Program-made: the position numbers and the translations under genes
The notes under the pieces: generated by a model
The model's input: only the letters and a program-made list of their open reading frames with translations
Database searches by the model: none
What the model was told of the DNA's origin: nothing
Origin: Balanoglossus misakiensis
Lineage: Eukaryota > Animalia > Hemichordata
Assembly: GCA_040954595.2 (NCBI GenBank)
Contig: CM082579.2
Span: forward strand, 5,080,879 to 5,144,878
DNA: 64,000 nucleotides
Reading direction: 5' to 3'
Shown: piece after piece, positions 38,756 through 54,200 of the stretch
Position numbering within the stretch: the first letter of the stretch is position 1
Layout: every line of letters starts with the position of its first letter

Positions 38756-41700
38756 AAGACAGTGGAAAGAAAGAAATTCTCCTTTTGTCCCTGTCATGAA
38801 CCCTGCCACAATCAGCCAACGCCGCTAAAATAACACCAACACACATTTCTCACCAAAGGCATGCAGAGGTGAAACACCTTCACCCTGACAAAAACCAATA
38901 TTTCCTTTTGAAATCTCAATAATCGCCATTATCTGTTGGCAAAGACTTTAATCGCTGATCTACAGCGCCCCAAATTGGCCAATAACGTCTTACAACATCA
39001 TGCATTGCTTTCAGATATCATACAATTATTTTGCTATAATAGTAATTTTTTACGTACCCATGTTCCATGTTGTCATGGCAACAATTCTCAAACCTCACCA
39101 ATTACTTTGTACCCTAATAACACATAATTACACCCTGTACTTGCATGCACTCGACACGCACCTGGAAACAACACATTCTAGGACCATTCAAATTTCATTT
39201 GAAGCTTGGATAATTATTAAAATACCACACTATTTTATTCTATTTGCACATGACAAACAAACACGACAGGTTCGCATCGATTCCTCTTGGCTCAGGCCTG
39301 GAATTTTCTGGTGGCTTTTGCATATTTCGCTGGAGTACCTCTCCAGCGAACGATAAGGTAACTGACAATTTTCAAGTACGGCCATCGCGTACCCATTACA
39401 CAACCCGAAGTGTGTGTTAGTCGACACGTAGACACACGTACACATGTAGGCGATGACATGGCATGGAATTTGAATTCTTACCTCCACACACTGTATTCTC
39501 CGTTCAGTTTGCTCACAGCACAATGCAACATCTGTCAAACACAATACTTGTCCTTGATGCCGGTTGTCGGACAGGCCTGACTGCCCAACCCCTCACTCCA
39601 GAAATAGTCACTGTGACATCAATCTCGAATTATTTACAGCTAAGTTTGGCTTTTTTTCCTGGTAACGCGCGGCTTTATTTTTAAGCTCCCAACCCAGCTG
39701 ACACTTGAGGCCAGTGATATATTTGACAGGGATGTCCCCATTCACGAACCCTCCTCACTACTACCAGGATCTCTGCTGGCCAAATATAACGCTTCCTGTA
39801 ATATTTACTCAGAACCAAGCCTTTCTTAATAATACTTTTAGTAAACACAGCCACAAGCAGAATGAAAACAATTTTTGTTACCTTTTTCAGTCACGATCCA
39901 TACATGACCATCAGCTCGAAATCCGTGAAGAGGAAGTACAATGTACTAGACTTTTGGATCAAAAAACAATTTGATGACTTATTATTCGACACGGTACTAT
40001 TACAGGAACACAATGTGATCAAAATAAATATCTATAGATAATCTGCATTTTGTTTTGTCACAAGCTGACAAAGCAAAACAAATTATTTTCTTTGCAGTGT
40101 GTTTTACTCTACTCACAAATCAAATTATATTGGAATGAATGGTGCTGGTAAGACTTCACGAGGGAGCACAATCGATTTTCAGTTCCTCACAGTCACGTGG
40201 TTCAAGAAAGCCACACCTTGAAGAAAAATCTAGAATAGTAAAATTTCGAAATCTTTTTTTGTATCTTTGTATGACACGCTTTTATGTAAATTTGCCATTG
40301 AAAGTGCAAATGGTGATACATGTAGCTTGAAAAATCAATGCGCTTTTAATAATGAGTGGGACACTCCCCGCTGATGTCAGTATTAACACCTGGTTGGCAA
40401 ACACTTTGGATGGAGGGCACTCCCACCACTGCGTGGGCAAAGACAAGCAAAAGGGTCCCGAGACGCGGGGGTGGACTGTTTGGTTATTTTAGGAAACTGG
40501 CACGGGTTGGACTTTTGTTTCTGCTGTGTACGCATGACTTGCCAAGTACTGAGTAGAACACGGAAGCAAATAAATGACAAGACGTGAGAGAATGATTAAG
40601 GCATACTCGTGTAATTAGTAATCTCAAGAAAAGAGACCAAGAATGTGAAGTGGCCATACTTCAGACTACTACGTCGTGACCATGTGCTCACGCCTATTTG
40701 TAATTCCAAGTAAAACATTGTCAAGTACAAGTAATGTCGTCACAGCTCAATGTCATCACACCTCTTGAGAAATTCTGTTAAAGCACCAATTAGTTTTATT
40801 GTTTTGTTTTCTAGTGGGAAGAACAACTTCAATTCTCTCATGAGGATATGTTAAAAACCAATCAGAGTGAGTTCCCAGATGCACGTGGATTTCAGGAAAC
40901 ATGCAGAGTTTATTGGAACTAAGGTCACACGGCCTGTGTGTGAGTGAATATCTCAGTCTTTGAAAACTAAAGTCAATAAATTCTTTGCTGGGGAGATGGT
41001 TTGGTACACGGAAATAGCCAACAATGGAGAAATATTGACAGAGAAAGACGGTAGCCAGTTTGCAGACCTCTGGAGATGTGGAAAGCGTGGCAAAGGTCGC
41101 TGAACTTTGACAGAGTGTGCAAGTTGCCCACTTTCCCCAAGTTTAACCAGTTATCAGGGATGGCACACAAAACGTTATTTCGGCAAATTATCAAAAAATT
41201 GTGATTGAAACACGTTTCATTTGGAGCCGTCGTGTCAAGACATTTCTTTTAAAAACTTCTGTCGTCGGTTTGGCTCGAGTCGGCTCTGCCAAGGCACATA
41301 TTTTCTTAAACACTAAAGTCAATTTAACAAATTGACTAGAACTATTACTGTGACCGACCTAACATCTGCAGAAACCTAAACTGTAACATAGCCTGGGGAC
41401 ACAGACTGCCGTAGGTGACCTTTGACCTAAACCATGAGAGCGCGATGGAACACGGTGCAACAGACACAGCCCACTACTGCAGATGGACCAGAAGTCAGAT
41501 GGAACATTTTTCTAGGATTAAATTCATCTGAAATATTAAGCATTCAGACAGAGTTAACTTCATTGTTTGGAGCTCTGTTTCAGATTTTAAAAATTTACAC
41601 TTGGAAAGACAGACTTGCACCACACGCACAAACAAGACTTCACAGCTTGCAATAACTCAGACTGACTGCTTGGTGGCAGTATAACTACGGTATGACAGCT

Positions 41701-44700
41701 CACCGCTGACAATAATGGATGACTGTTGTGTCTCCGTGAAAAGAAGTCGGCAGACACCCACTGGCCAGGTGAAAAAGTCACAGCCGCTGTTCTAATTACC
41801 ACAATACGAATTCATCTGAAGCACCATTTTCACATTCTTCTCAACTGAACAGACACTTAGACAAGTTTCACTGTTACTCATATGTTCAGCGTAAACACGT
41901 CATTTCGTCCAATTTGTCAGCCACTGCTAAACTAAACACAGTTCACTGGTTTGTGTTACCATCAACATGTTGTTGGGGCTCATTTGGAATTCTCTTCACA
42001 TACAGCGTGACGACGAGGACATCCTGGCACCAAGTGTACAATCTCTCTCCCGGAGTCTAGTCGACAAGAGCTTTTCAAATTTACTTGCCCACCTCCCGAC
42101 AGAATCATTTGTCATACTTTGGGGGTTTTTCAATCACGAACCATCAACATAAGATGGTGGTGCTTCACCAGACAGGAACGTCTGTTTTCTGTTCAGCTCT
42201 TACAACCCTGTCGCCATAGTTACAATGAAAAATGTTCCTTACAGAAACATGACGCATGTTATAATTCGGCGGCAGACATCTGTGTGCTACGTACATGTAT
42301 ACAAATGTACATGTGGCAAAAATGTGGTGACATCAGAAATGTTGTTCATCAAGGCTGATTACTCTGTGCATAACGCATGGAGGAAGTAAAAGTATTGAGG
42401 AATATTTACGAAATGTCATGTCAATGAAGAATAAAGTTGAATGTATATACACAGACAATAAGGAGTTGCTGCTATCACATTTTGGCCTGACTGCTTGAGT
42501 TTTGGGCCGGTTAGATGACCTCCCCTGTTGCAGTTAAAAAGGCGATCGTAGCCACCAGTCCTTTTATGAACCCACGGCCGCCACTAAACGCAGACCAATT
42601 AACACAAAGTGGGTACTTCTGATTTTACGTTCAACTAGTGTTTCCGAAAAAAGAGAAATAAAAATCTGTCACGCTGGCATTGCAGTGATTCACGAGTCGA
42701 TTCTGGAGACGACCCCAAGCTGACCTCAGCACAGACATGACAGGTAGCTCCAGTGTGGGAAGACCCCCGGGGCACCATAAGTGCCGCCATTAATAACAGG
42801 CTGACACGGGTCATAACTGACAACATGCCTGAAGTCTGGGTGGTGGGGGGAGGGGACCATCGCAATGCCAGAGTGAACTGCCTTGGCAATAAAATGATGA
42901 CTTATTTTGTGGGTGCAGTACAATGAAAGTCATCAGTTGGGCCATTGTTCTTCTGCAGTGATACGAGGCAAAGGAGTCTTTTGCTGGAGACACAATTCCT
43001 TTGATGATGAGAGATATTTGCAGACTTTAAAATTACATACTACAATGTAATAGAGGAACTAATGTTTATCTCAAGTAATTTTTCTCACATTGGTCGAAGG
43101 AGTACATTCTGGCCACTAGTCACATGATTGAGAACTCTAACTTCCACTTGTCAAAGCAGTTCTTTTCAAATTTGTTGTGTGTTTATTTTTGTTTGTATAC
43201 CAACTTGACAGAAACCACCTGTGATCTTGCACACATGTTCAAACATTCATATGTTTGCCAGTTAGTGTTTGCATGCATAGCAGAAACAAATCTTCCCAGA
43301 CTCATGACACAGGATCTGCAACCATCAACAGCTGCTAACACCTTCAGTGCAACCCAAACACACATACACAAACAGGTAGCCAACAGGGGGGAAAAGAGAC
43401 CATCTTAAAGAGTACTTGAAAGATTCTAAAATACCACAGCGTCTTTCCCGTTGCCACATTAGTGAGCACTTTGTTTCGGGAAAACAAATGAAGCAATGCT
43501 CTTCATGTCATCGTGGAGCACATTAACTTCGCAGAGGTGAACTTTTCTGTGTTTTCACCACCTCGTTGAGTTGAACTGTTTACTTGTTCAGGGGCTTGTA
43601 TGCGGGTTCTGCGTTTAACATCTGGAAGCTGAGTTGCAATGTCAGCCCCTGGATTAACATTTGAGGTAAAAAGCCCTTGAAATTCCCCGAGAGGACCACT
43701 TGAAGCCTGCGCTCACTTCTCCAATGTTTGTCTGTGCAAATAGCACCTGTCATGAACCAAATGGCCCTGGCTGAGCTGGTGGTGGTTGCCATACTGCTGC
43801 TATTGGTGAACAAACATTCTCAATTCCTTTGGTGTCAGTTTGAACAGGTTTCTTTTAATAATGTACAAGTATGAAGGACCACTGAACAAATTTGCCAGTC
43901 AGATTCTGAGAAAAGGGAAATATCTCGCTAGAAATGAAACGGCAAAAAAGAACGATTGATTGTGAGATTTGTTAAAAGAGCAGAATGTGAAGATTGGGTT
44001 TCTTTGCCTCTCTCTCGCGACAACACAAGACCACAGATCGACCAGTCATGCAGGGATAATCAAAACTAACGTACAAAGTGCCCCCTCTCCCAAAGTGAGT
44101 CCCAATAAACTTCCGCTGTTATGAATCTACTCATCAACCAGTCATGGGTTTCATATTTAAAAGATGACAAATACAACGTATGTGATTGGATAGCACGCTG
44201 CTCATTGTCCACTTCGGCCCGACACAGAACCCAGTGGAGCCATCCAACCCCCATTGCGGTTGTGTAGAATTCACACCTTCAAGTGTGTCTGCATACCTAT
44301 GTGTCTGGGCCCTTTGAAAGCCGCGTCTGGGCTCTTGACAGGCCAACTGTGGTGAACAATATTTCACGTCTCGCGCCCGTAAAACACTCGTCCCGAACAT
44401 CCCATTTTCACACGTTCGCCGGTAATAAATCCCCCAGGAGAAAGCTCTGGTTCAGAGAGTGCGAACCAATTTCGGCCGGTGAAAGGCAGAATGGGCTTGG
44501 CGAAACAATTCCAACCCCTGAGGTTGGCGATATCAGATTTGCGATTTTTTTTTTTACGCCATAGAAACGACTGATTGCTCGCGAAAACAAAGGCTAAGGG
44601 AATCAAAGTAGATGGTAAGTGCACTGGCTGTGTATATTACAAACTCAAAGGGGGGATGAGGTGAATATTTTCCTTCCAGAGAAGCGGTTGTCCGGGTAAC

Positions 44701-45307
44701 TGCCGAAATCAACAGTTGAGTGGGGGATCAAAGGCCAGCCAGGTGAGGCAAAACGAATATGTGATGGAATTCTGGTCGTTTTTGTGGCTCCCCCATGTGG
44801 AAAAAATTGCATAAAATGACTTAACTTGGAGTGCTTGACACAAACAAGAGTATGTCGTGACAGAAAGAGTGGGCAATGGCCTTCCCAAAGACTGTGTATG
44901 TGGAGAAACAAACAGAATTTCAACCAAAAGACTTGTCTGTCAAGCTGATGACATGTTTACAGAACTGAGGGTTAGAAACATATCGATCAATGACTGTCAT
45001 CTTGTCCATTAAACAACAAACACATTTTCTCAGCATTTTGCGTGTTTTCCAATCTCTTGCATTGTTCATAACATCTTTTTCCCCAAATAATTCAGACAAA
45101 AGGCCAATAGACACCTTTTTACTTTCCATATTATTGACAATTTTTTACATTCTGGTCTCCTTTACCACATGCAGGAGACCTGTGTTTCAGGTGCTTGTTA
45201 AGCTAGCTTGGTTGCTCAATTTTTGTCAATGTGTGCTGGCACAAACCATAGACTCTAAGGTCTATGCACAAACACAGCCGCCAAGTATGAACTGAGAAGT
45301 TTTGAGG

Positions 45308-45325
45308 TGCGCCCTCTGTTGGCCA
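45308..45325 (-). promoter_or_regulatory. CTCF-like binding motif
   Basis: TGGCCAACAGAGGGCGCA closely fits the CTCF consensus TGGCCASYAGRKGGCRS. Confidence 0.5.
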
Positions 45326-48193
45326 CTTCGAAAGAAACAATCTCAATATTTGTGACTATGAATACCTCCCGAACAGTTTATAAAAAAACCTCAAAGATCA
45401 GCTGCCCCAAGAATGTTACATTTCATCTGATTTAATAGAAAACAAAGGCACCCTTTCTGACCGTTTTTATTTGGACTGCTTCACCTTCTGAAGCCGTAAA
45501 ACATGGCAATTGAACTGGCCTGTCAAAACACCTTAGACTTTGTGAAAGCCTTCAGGTTTCTTTAGGTATCAAACGCCATTATTCGGGGAGCTTTGATGTG
45601 AGAATGGGGTAGTCAAAGTGCTCGGCCAGCTCTATTGAGTGGAGAAAATGACCTGTGTGTTCTCTGAAAACCTTTCGCCTGAAAACCTAATAAAATACTT
45701 TCAAGCGGGATCAAATGCTTCTTTTGGCATTTAAAAGAATCGAGCTATTTCCAGCGCAGACCTTTGTTGCCAGACCAAAATGCTACAGTTGACAAAACCT
45801 ACTTCTGTGCACCCCCTGAACTTTCCATGTTGCCATAATACTGAAGGCCAGGCCAACTCTGGGGGTGCTACAGTACACTCTTTTGTCAGCAGGAGATTTC
45901 AGTGGATGAAACTGGGCATGGTTGTATCCCATGAAGGAAAATTTCCAAATTACCGGTATTTACCCCTTATTACACTTTTTCTAAGCACTGCGACAAAATG
46001 GCATCAGATCAGGTATTGTCAAACGACAAACATTTCTCGGAAAATGTGCTTTTCGGGAAATGGTCCAGAAACCTATATTATAGAGAATGTACAAGGAAAA
46101 TGCAAAACTAATTACTTTTAGTCACGGAGCTGTTTCCATCAAACTTGAATTTTCTTGCGTGATGGGACACACGTCTGCAACACCCACAGAGTGTGACCGA
46201 CCGACCGCCAAATGCTTAATTTCAGAAAAACCAACACCATGTCCAGAAATTCCATCTGCCTACACTACAGTACTTGAAAGTCCAACTTGACGCACATTCA
46301 CCACGGCCAATTACATTCGACCGCACTATCAATGATGAAGTGGAGCCCGACCAATGAAAGGCAAAATTAGACCGTAAAACAAACACAGGAAGTAGTCAGT
46401 TGCCTGGTTGACGAATTTTGGACAGAAAAAATATGGGCTGCAGACAAAAAAAGAGTGGTCGGGGGTTCCTGGGCCCAGATAATGGCCGACGTTGTCATGG
46501 TTGATTCTCATTGGCAGGAAATACCAACAAATCAGTAACCCGGCCATTAGGGACGGTGGAGTGACCACTTCAACTTTGGTGCCAAGCTGACCGTGAAACA
46601 CACAGCCGGAAGACAATTTATGGCTCGGTCAAGCCCATTCACCGGTGAACTTGGTGGCGGCACCTGCCAACCGTGAACTACTGCGGCAAAAATGCAGTTA
46701 AAAACTGACCAGACTTAGCTGTTGTGTTCCGAATACAGAATACATGTACAACCTACATGTACGCACACAGACCACAAAGTTTGGCTGCCAATTCTCAAAA
46801 GCATGTGATATCAGGTTGTTTTAAAGCTATTTTGTTGAAAAAATGCACTTCCCCTTTTTTTAGAAACAATCAATTATATTTTACAGAGTAAGTTTTGGCA
46901 GGTTTGATATACTGGTTTGAGTTTGGCAATCTGAGTGCTTGCTGCATACCATTGGACCCAATCTGGCCAATGATGGGGTGCATTCTGGCGTGACGAACTT
47001 GGATCCATGAGACACAGGTGTGTTCAGTAAGAACTACGGGCCCTGCCGCCAAAAGACATGACCTTCACACAATGCAAATCTGAACCATACCAAGAAAAGA
47101 AACATAAATCAAAAGGAATTCTCCTGGGAGCTTGGTTCACACGGAGGCCAATATCTTCTGAATTGGGAGCATCTTTCATGGCCCTAACTATCACCGTGAA
47201 AGCGTGGTGGCTTCACTGATAATTTCTCCTTGCATAAAACATACACATATACAGAATTGTTATTTTTGACAGAGAGGGGAATTTCCCTTACACAGTTTTC
47301 ATTCATAACATGGCATACAGGCATATCTTTCTTACCTGTGTGTTCACCGAGTCTCTACTGAGTGCAAATATGTATTGTTTCAATCCGTAACAATTCTCCC
47401 AACGCTGAACATTCCTTTCCTCCGCAAACAATCGCCAAGGACAATGAAGGAATACCGTTGGGAACCAAATTTTACGATGGAAGCCTTGTCAGAGTACACC
47501 CACGGGAACAATTGATTAACAGTTATGGGTCGCAGGTATGCAACACCTACAAGGTTTGATTGATAGATTGATTGATTGGGAATGACTGTCTGCTGACAAT
47601 ACTCTACAAAATTCCAAAGAACCAAACTGGCCACTATCAGCTATCCAAGGAAGCAACTCTGTTTGACCTCTGATGAAGGCCCTCATCAGGTCATAGTCAG
47701 AGCAGAGAGCCTAAAACTGTTTTAGTCTAAGGTTTCTTGTTTATAAACAAAGCGGATCAGATCTGGAGCCTTCAAGGATGGAATTTCCACACATTCTGGT
47801 ATTTCACATTCAAATGGACAAGTAGAAATTTTATGGGAAGTTGAGCACTAGTCTGCTTAACACACTTATGATTTTGTGGCATGATTATTTAATAACTGCC
47901 AAGAATCAGTTAAACCATTTTTTGTGTGATTTATTCCAATCAACATTTAAAATATAGGAATCTGACATCAGATACATGTATATGTATGCGGTTACTGCCA
48001 CACACAGCTATTCTTTCACAAGTGCACGGCTTGTTAGCGCAGAGTAATGAACCTGACTTGATTGATTTGCAGTAAATATCTCCCGGCTAAAGTGCTACGT
48101 GTAAGCTATTAAGATGTGATGACAGCTTTTGTGATATCCTGGAAAGCCTGGATTTGAAAGCTGCACAGATCCATCTCAGGGTAAATGTCCTGA

Positions 48194-48280
48194 GAATGAA
48201 TGAATGAATGAATGAATGAATGAATGAATGAATGAATGAATGAATAAATGAATGAATGAATGAATGAATGAATGAATGAA
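48194..48280. repeat. (GAAT)n microsatellite, about 21 units with one interruption
   Basis: Direct reading; a shorter copy of the same motif lies at about 59768-59790. Confidence 0.97.
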
Positions 48281-51200
48281 ATCTGACCTCTAAAAAATTG
48301 CTTCTATCACTCTGACTTTTAATATCTTAATGCATTAATGGCAAACATGTAGTACACTAATTTATAGGGTAAATCACATTACATAAATACCTTGCATGGT
48401 TTTAATTGGCCCCGAACAGAGTTACATTGTAGTTCTGTGAACCCCACTCGTTTCAAATATTTTCAATTAGACCCCAAGCGCTACGGATCACTCTAACCCA
48501 ATTAATTCAGCGCATGCCAGAAGTCTCATTCAACAGCAATACACACTCAGTCAGGGTAATTCAATTTCTAATCTGTAACATGGCAATTTTGATCCAAATT
48601 AAGAAAAATTGGCTTGATTAACTCAGTTGGGTCAGCTTTCATAGTTCATCACAGCAGTGGGTAAATAGGCTGATATTAGGCTGTGCACGAGTATGTTTCA
48701 GTAATATCACTCCTTCCTTATCTGAGGTCATTATCACTTTCATCCTGTTAAATCCCTATAAAAGAGCTCATTTGAGTGTGAAAGGGCTTCAGTTATATAA
48801 CTTGCATCACTTTGAAGTTGAAATGGTTCTTGTGATTGGCTGTTGAGCAGATGCACATGACTTATTAATATTCATTACGCCCAATTATGGCACACATTCT
48901 CCTGCCATTGTTTCAGATGAGTGACAGTCTTGACATTGGAAATGTTAGCATGATTGGCCAACAAACTTGGTGTATGCAGCATGTACATGTATCCCTAGTG
49001 GCCTCCCCTTTCAGTGAATCTCACTGGATAGACAAGGTTGAATTTCGCCTGTTTTCGGACTGCTCTGACCAAGGAACCGGCCAATCAGAAGACACAGTGA
49101 GTTAACTTCAGGATGACTGCACTGGTTGGCCAATATGGACAGCCCCAGGTATTATGGTGATGGATCTACCAAAAGACACAGCAAAATGGCCGACAAGCAA
49201 CCCACAACAAACGAAGACAACCAAGTAAGATGTTAAACTTGACCATAGATTATTAGATAATACTGAACTACATGTACATGTACACTGGAAACCGAATGAT
49301 GAGCACATGCTTGCTGAATGTCAGTCTCTGAAATCACCCACAGGCTTGTCAGACTTTCACAGTTGACCTGGTCTCTAAATCCAATTTGTCAAAACACTAT
49401 TGAAGAGCAGAATGAACACAACAGGCAAAACCGACAACAAATGGGTTAAGGATCTCCACTAAAACCAATGTGGAAGTCATGAGGGGAATACAAAATATGG
49501 TTGGCTTTTTGTCACACAATGAGACTTGCATGTAAGAATGTTGATTCAAGTCATGGGATGCTGGTTTCAAAAGATGCAAGTGTCTCTTGGAGATAGCCAC
49601 AGGGAAGTGTGTAATTTGTTTTAATATGGTACAGCGATTTCCCTTCTCCTGGGGGTTTGATATTTTGTCTTTTGCAACTCTGTGACATCATCGATTTGTT
49701 TTGGTGAAATTCCCCTCTGGGTTGATTTCGTTTCCACAAGGATTGACACGTCAACCTCTGAAACCTTTCACATTGATGGCATTGGTTTGCTTAATAAAAT
49801 GAAGTCTTGCATTTCTGTATGTTCTCAATGACCTTTGAAAAAGACGTACTATTTGCCCTGTTTTTTGAACACTACAATGTTACAGTTGTACCAGGGGTAA
49901 AGCCCTTCGGCGACAAAAGTCACATGACCAAAAAGCCTTCACACAGTCCTTTCTGAACAGTTTTGTTAAAACAAAATCTCAAACACATGACATGTGACGT
50001 TTTTCTTCACACCTCCCAAGACCACAGACACAATCAAGCCATGTGTACAGTGATAGTTCAGGCTCAGGTCAGGATATTTTTAGTCTCTTGTCACAACAAA
50101 AAAGACACATTTCATTATACTCTGGCCGTGCCATAGGCAACAATTCTCCCAAGGTCTCTGTACCGGTCCGAGATAATTGGCTGATTTATAAGAGGGAGGG
50201 CAATTTGTATTCCAAATGGATTTTGTCTTCTGTTTGAAAACAGCAATCCCATATGTGGGGAGGGACTGAGGTGTTAGGTGGACAAGAATGTTTGGGCACC
50301 TGGAAATAAATCACCATAGAAACTTGGGATATTATATCTTTTCCTCGAACTGACTGAACATAGTGATATACACCATGAAATTAAGGCAGGAATGTTTATA
50401 GTCTAATTTACAATGATGTATTGTGTAATTTTAATTCTGAAAGAAACAAAAAAAATGAAAGGACAACTGTTGATACATTGCTACAGTCACTCGACAAGAG
50501 GGTGTGTGCATCTTACTCTTAGTGATTAACTGGCAAACGGCAGCCACATGCTGACAGAGATCTCACCTCCGGCGGGATTGGAAGGCATTTAAACTGCTCA
50601 ATGGAAATGAAATGTGGGGTGTCGGTTGACCACAAAGAGACCAATGCCCTGCAGAGGTGCAGTTGGTGAAGCAACGGCTAAGCAACAGTTGCGTGTGTGT
50701 ATGTGTGCGGCATCACTGATTAGGGGTGCGACTCGGGATGACTTGAGATTCCTGTTAATATCTTTGTGTGTGTGAAATTTTGGTGAACTGCTTGGAAAAT
50801 TGATTCCCCGTTTTGAACAGCATTGGAAATTATCACCCACAGTGCTTATACATGTAGTTAGATTCAATTATTTTCAATGACAAAAATTTCATCTTGACCT
50901 GTCTCTGGACAGTCTACGGAAATGAATCAAGGTGTTGAAATTTTCATGGAGGTGTGAAATTCTAAGGACACAACACCGTCCGGACACTGTGACGTACATT
51001 TCATTGTTAATGTCTACCAAGATATGACTCAGTTCGAGCATTGTACTCAAAATAGCAGTACAAGGACAATATGCATTGTGATGTGAAATACTGAGTGTCT
51101 GGGTCAGGCTCTCGGATAAACCACAGACCACTCCACTGTCAGTACAATTATTTTTGGTTCACTGGTTGCTAGGTCTGATAGTAATGATCAAACTTACATG

Positions 51201-54200
51201 TATTCAAGGAGCAAGGAGCAGTCATGTGGTGACTTAAAAGAATCTCTGTCAATTCCATTTTATGCTGATCATCACCAAAAAAAGTTACCATCATTGAAGT
51301 CAAGGAAAGGAACCCACTTATGCCTTAGCCACACATTCAAATAAGTTTTAGTCACTAGTCCTTTTCCTTCGCTGAAATGGGTGGGCCACTACATCTATTT
51401 CACTCGAGACCCTGAACCTCGAAAGACGGTCATTGTCTTCCTTCATGTAGCAACGTGGGGGCCCTATCTCCCACTGGAGACCATCACATTGTACACAAGA
51501 GTTGCACAAAGGTACAAAAAGGGTAGAGTTTCCGGCGTCTCTGGGAATACCACCCGGTAACCTTTGTTACAACAAGCCCATTTTGAGAGAATAGACAGCC
51601 GCAAGATAACACTCTTAATAGAGCCTGGTACAAGTCGAAATGTCTTGGATTTTACGTCGTCTGGCATTCACACCTTCAGGGCTCATCTTTTTTATCATGT
51701 CATTAACCAGTGGACTGTACTGTCTTTCAATGAGTGGACCTAATGCAAAACACCTTGGGTTTAATATCCAATCACATACATGTACAGTATGAAAATGTAA
51801 CTACAGTACACAAGTGTTTCTTGTAATCTATTATAAAAATTTAAAAATCACAAGATTTTATTACTTTTACTTCACACCCATTTCAATATCTCAAAACACT
51901 TATGACCCAGCTTACATGTACTTCCCCCCACTTACGTAAATAATTTGCGAGGTGTGCCGAGACCACAAGCCAGGCAGATCAACCAGACATGCCAAGCACA
52001 ATAAACATTGTCTACCTTACCGGCCAAAAATGCAAAAAATTCCACCTGTAAATAATAACCTTTATCTGTTCGGTGCGGAAGAAACCAGCCCTGCAGCAAT
52101 GTCAACAGATTATTTTCTGGTGTGTTGTGAAAACAAGCAAAGGCTGCAACTTTTAACAAATGGTGGCTGCTCTCTGAAATATTCCAGGGTCAACTCAAGG
52201 TTTCTTCCCTACTGATTCTGGAGAATGTTAAACACACGCATGTGTACATGTTCTGTGGAGTTTCAGTTTCAAAGTTTCTATTAACTCGACTGATGACAGC
52301 ACTGGCACTACAGTCCAGTAGAATTCTAGACGCGGGGAGATAACACAGGCCCAAACTGATTTATTTAAAAGTACAATGAAACCTGTTAGTTTGGACACAT
52401 CTCTCATCAGAATACCTCTCTTTTATTATTATAGGTACAGGTTTTCCAAAACAGAAGATAAAATTTGAATACAATGTTACCTGTCTATGAAGGACACCTC
52501 CCTATGAAGGTCAGTATTTCTGTTCCTGAAGCTGTCCATCAGTATTTTTTCAATAATTGATCAATTAAGCATGTACCTTTCACATTAATTCTTATCTTTG
52601 CATTGTTCATTGAGGTACATGTACATATACTTTGTGTAAGTAAAAATTCATATCCAAAAACTCAACCATGTCTATTCTAAAATAACCACAGTGCAGCAAT
52701 ATGCAAAAATTCCACTGACAAATGATTCAAAATACACGAAAAGATCATGTCAGTTTCATTGCCGTTTCATTCTTTAGAATAGGACTGGTTGCTGATAATT
52801 TCTCCAATAGATACGGCTGTAATCCGTGATGAATAGGGTGAAATCTGTGCTATTTTTGATGTACCGGTATGTAGATTAATTTCCCGCTGTTGATTTAGTG
52901 ACAGATGTCTGCTTGTAACCGGTACATGAATTATTTCACATCAACAGCTTTCATAGCGTTTGCAATTATGGAATACTTGTGCAGGTAGTTTTTCATCAAT
53001 ATCAGTCAAAAATGTGAGAGAATTGAGGGTTCTTGTTCACACTGGTGATATCATTTTGGGAACCAAAGATAACAAAAGCACAATTTAATGCAATTTACAC
53101 ACGACATCGGTTTCGTTTCCTTGGCGATAGCCCTCAGGTATGTGTGCAAAAAATGATAACTGCCAGTGATAGTCATAATGCAGAATGTGTGCAAATGTTG
53201 ATACTACAGTGTAGCCTAGAATCTAACAACGAAACAAGTTTTGGTTATCATCTCGGTTGTAGCACTGACATACCGAGAACTGAAACTTACATCTCTGACA
53301 GCATCTGGAATAAATATTTCACATTCCATGCTTCAATCAGGTATTTTTAGTTTCAAATCACACATCACTTCTTCATTTACATTTACAGAATCGGCAATCC
53401 AACATACCCCATCATAACAATTCCACTTTTATATATGTGCAATGTTTGAGATACTGAGCTCTCACCATCCACCCATATCAAAGGACCCAAACCTAGCCAT
53501 CCTCCTGTTCAAACCAATGCTTTGCCACACACAGATGAAACCTTTTTCATACCCTTTCCAATACCAGGCCACAAGTTCAGACTGTGTATTGAGTTTGACC
53601 CACAAAAGACACGGCAGTGAGAACAGTGGAGTGGGACAACACTGAAGTGTTTGCAAACAATTGTTGTCCTGTCTGTGTTTGTGTCAGCGGTCGGCAAAGA
53701 CACCAGAGCTTGTTCACCATGACAGAAGAAAAACTTCCGCCGGTTCATAGTTGCCATATCTGCGTAACCCAGAATCAAATGCAGCCATTGTTTCTGCCAT
53801 CAACAGAGTCAATTGTTTTGAAAGATGTCAGTCACTCAAAAGTTCATTACAGCCGTGTCCCTCAGTACAAAGCCGATCATTGTGACCGGCCTAAAGACAG
53901 GACATGAACCTTTAAATCAATATACATTGTCTGGACAATGACAACACAACACCCACTGTTTCACTGCACCTATTTTTTTCTTTCTCCATTTCTTTGAATG
54001 CGTTGTAATCGCCACACAATGTCATGTCAGTCCAATCGATCAATATCAGTATTCTTCGTCCCTTCACTTCAGTTTCAATTTTCCGGGTAAATGCACACAT
54101 GGCCTGTTTTTAACATCAAGTGCCAAAAATTCCCGTCAAACAAAAATATCTGTACCACTTGACCTTAGCAATTTGTTCCCTTATTGCACTGCATTTAAAA

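Noticed and set aside
51464-51667. 67-aa minus-strand ORF MPDDVKSKTFRL...
   Set aside because: Ends in a stop without a suitable donor; no recognisable motif.
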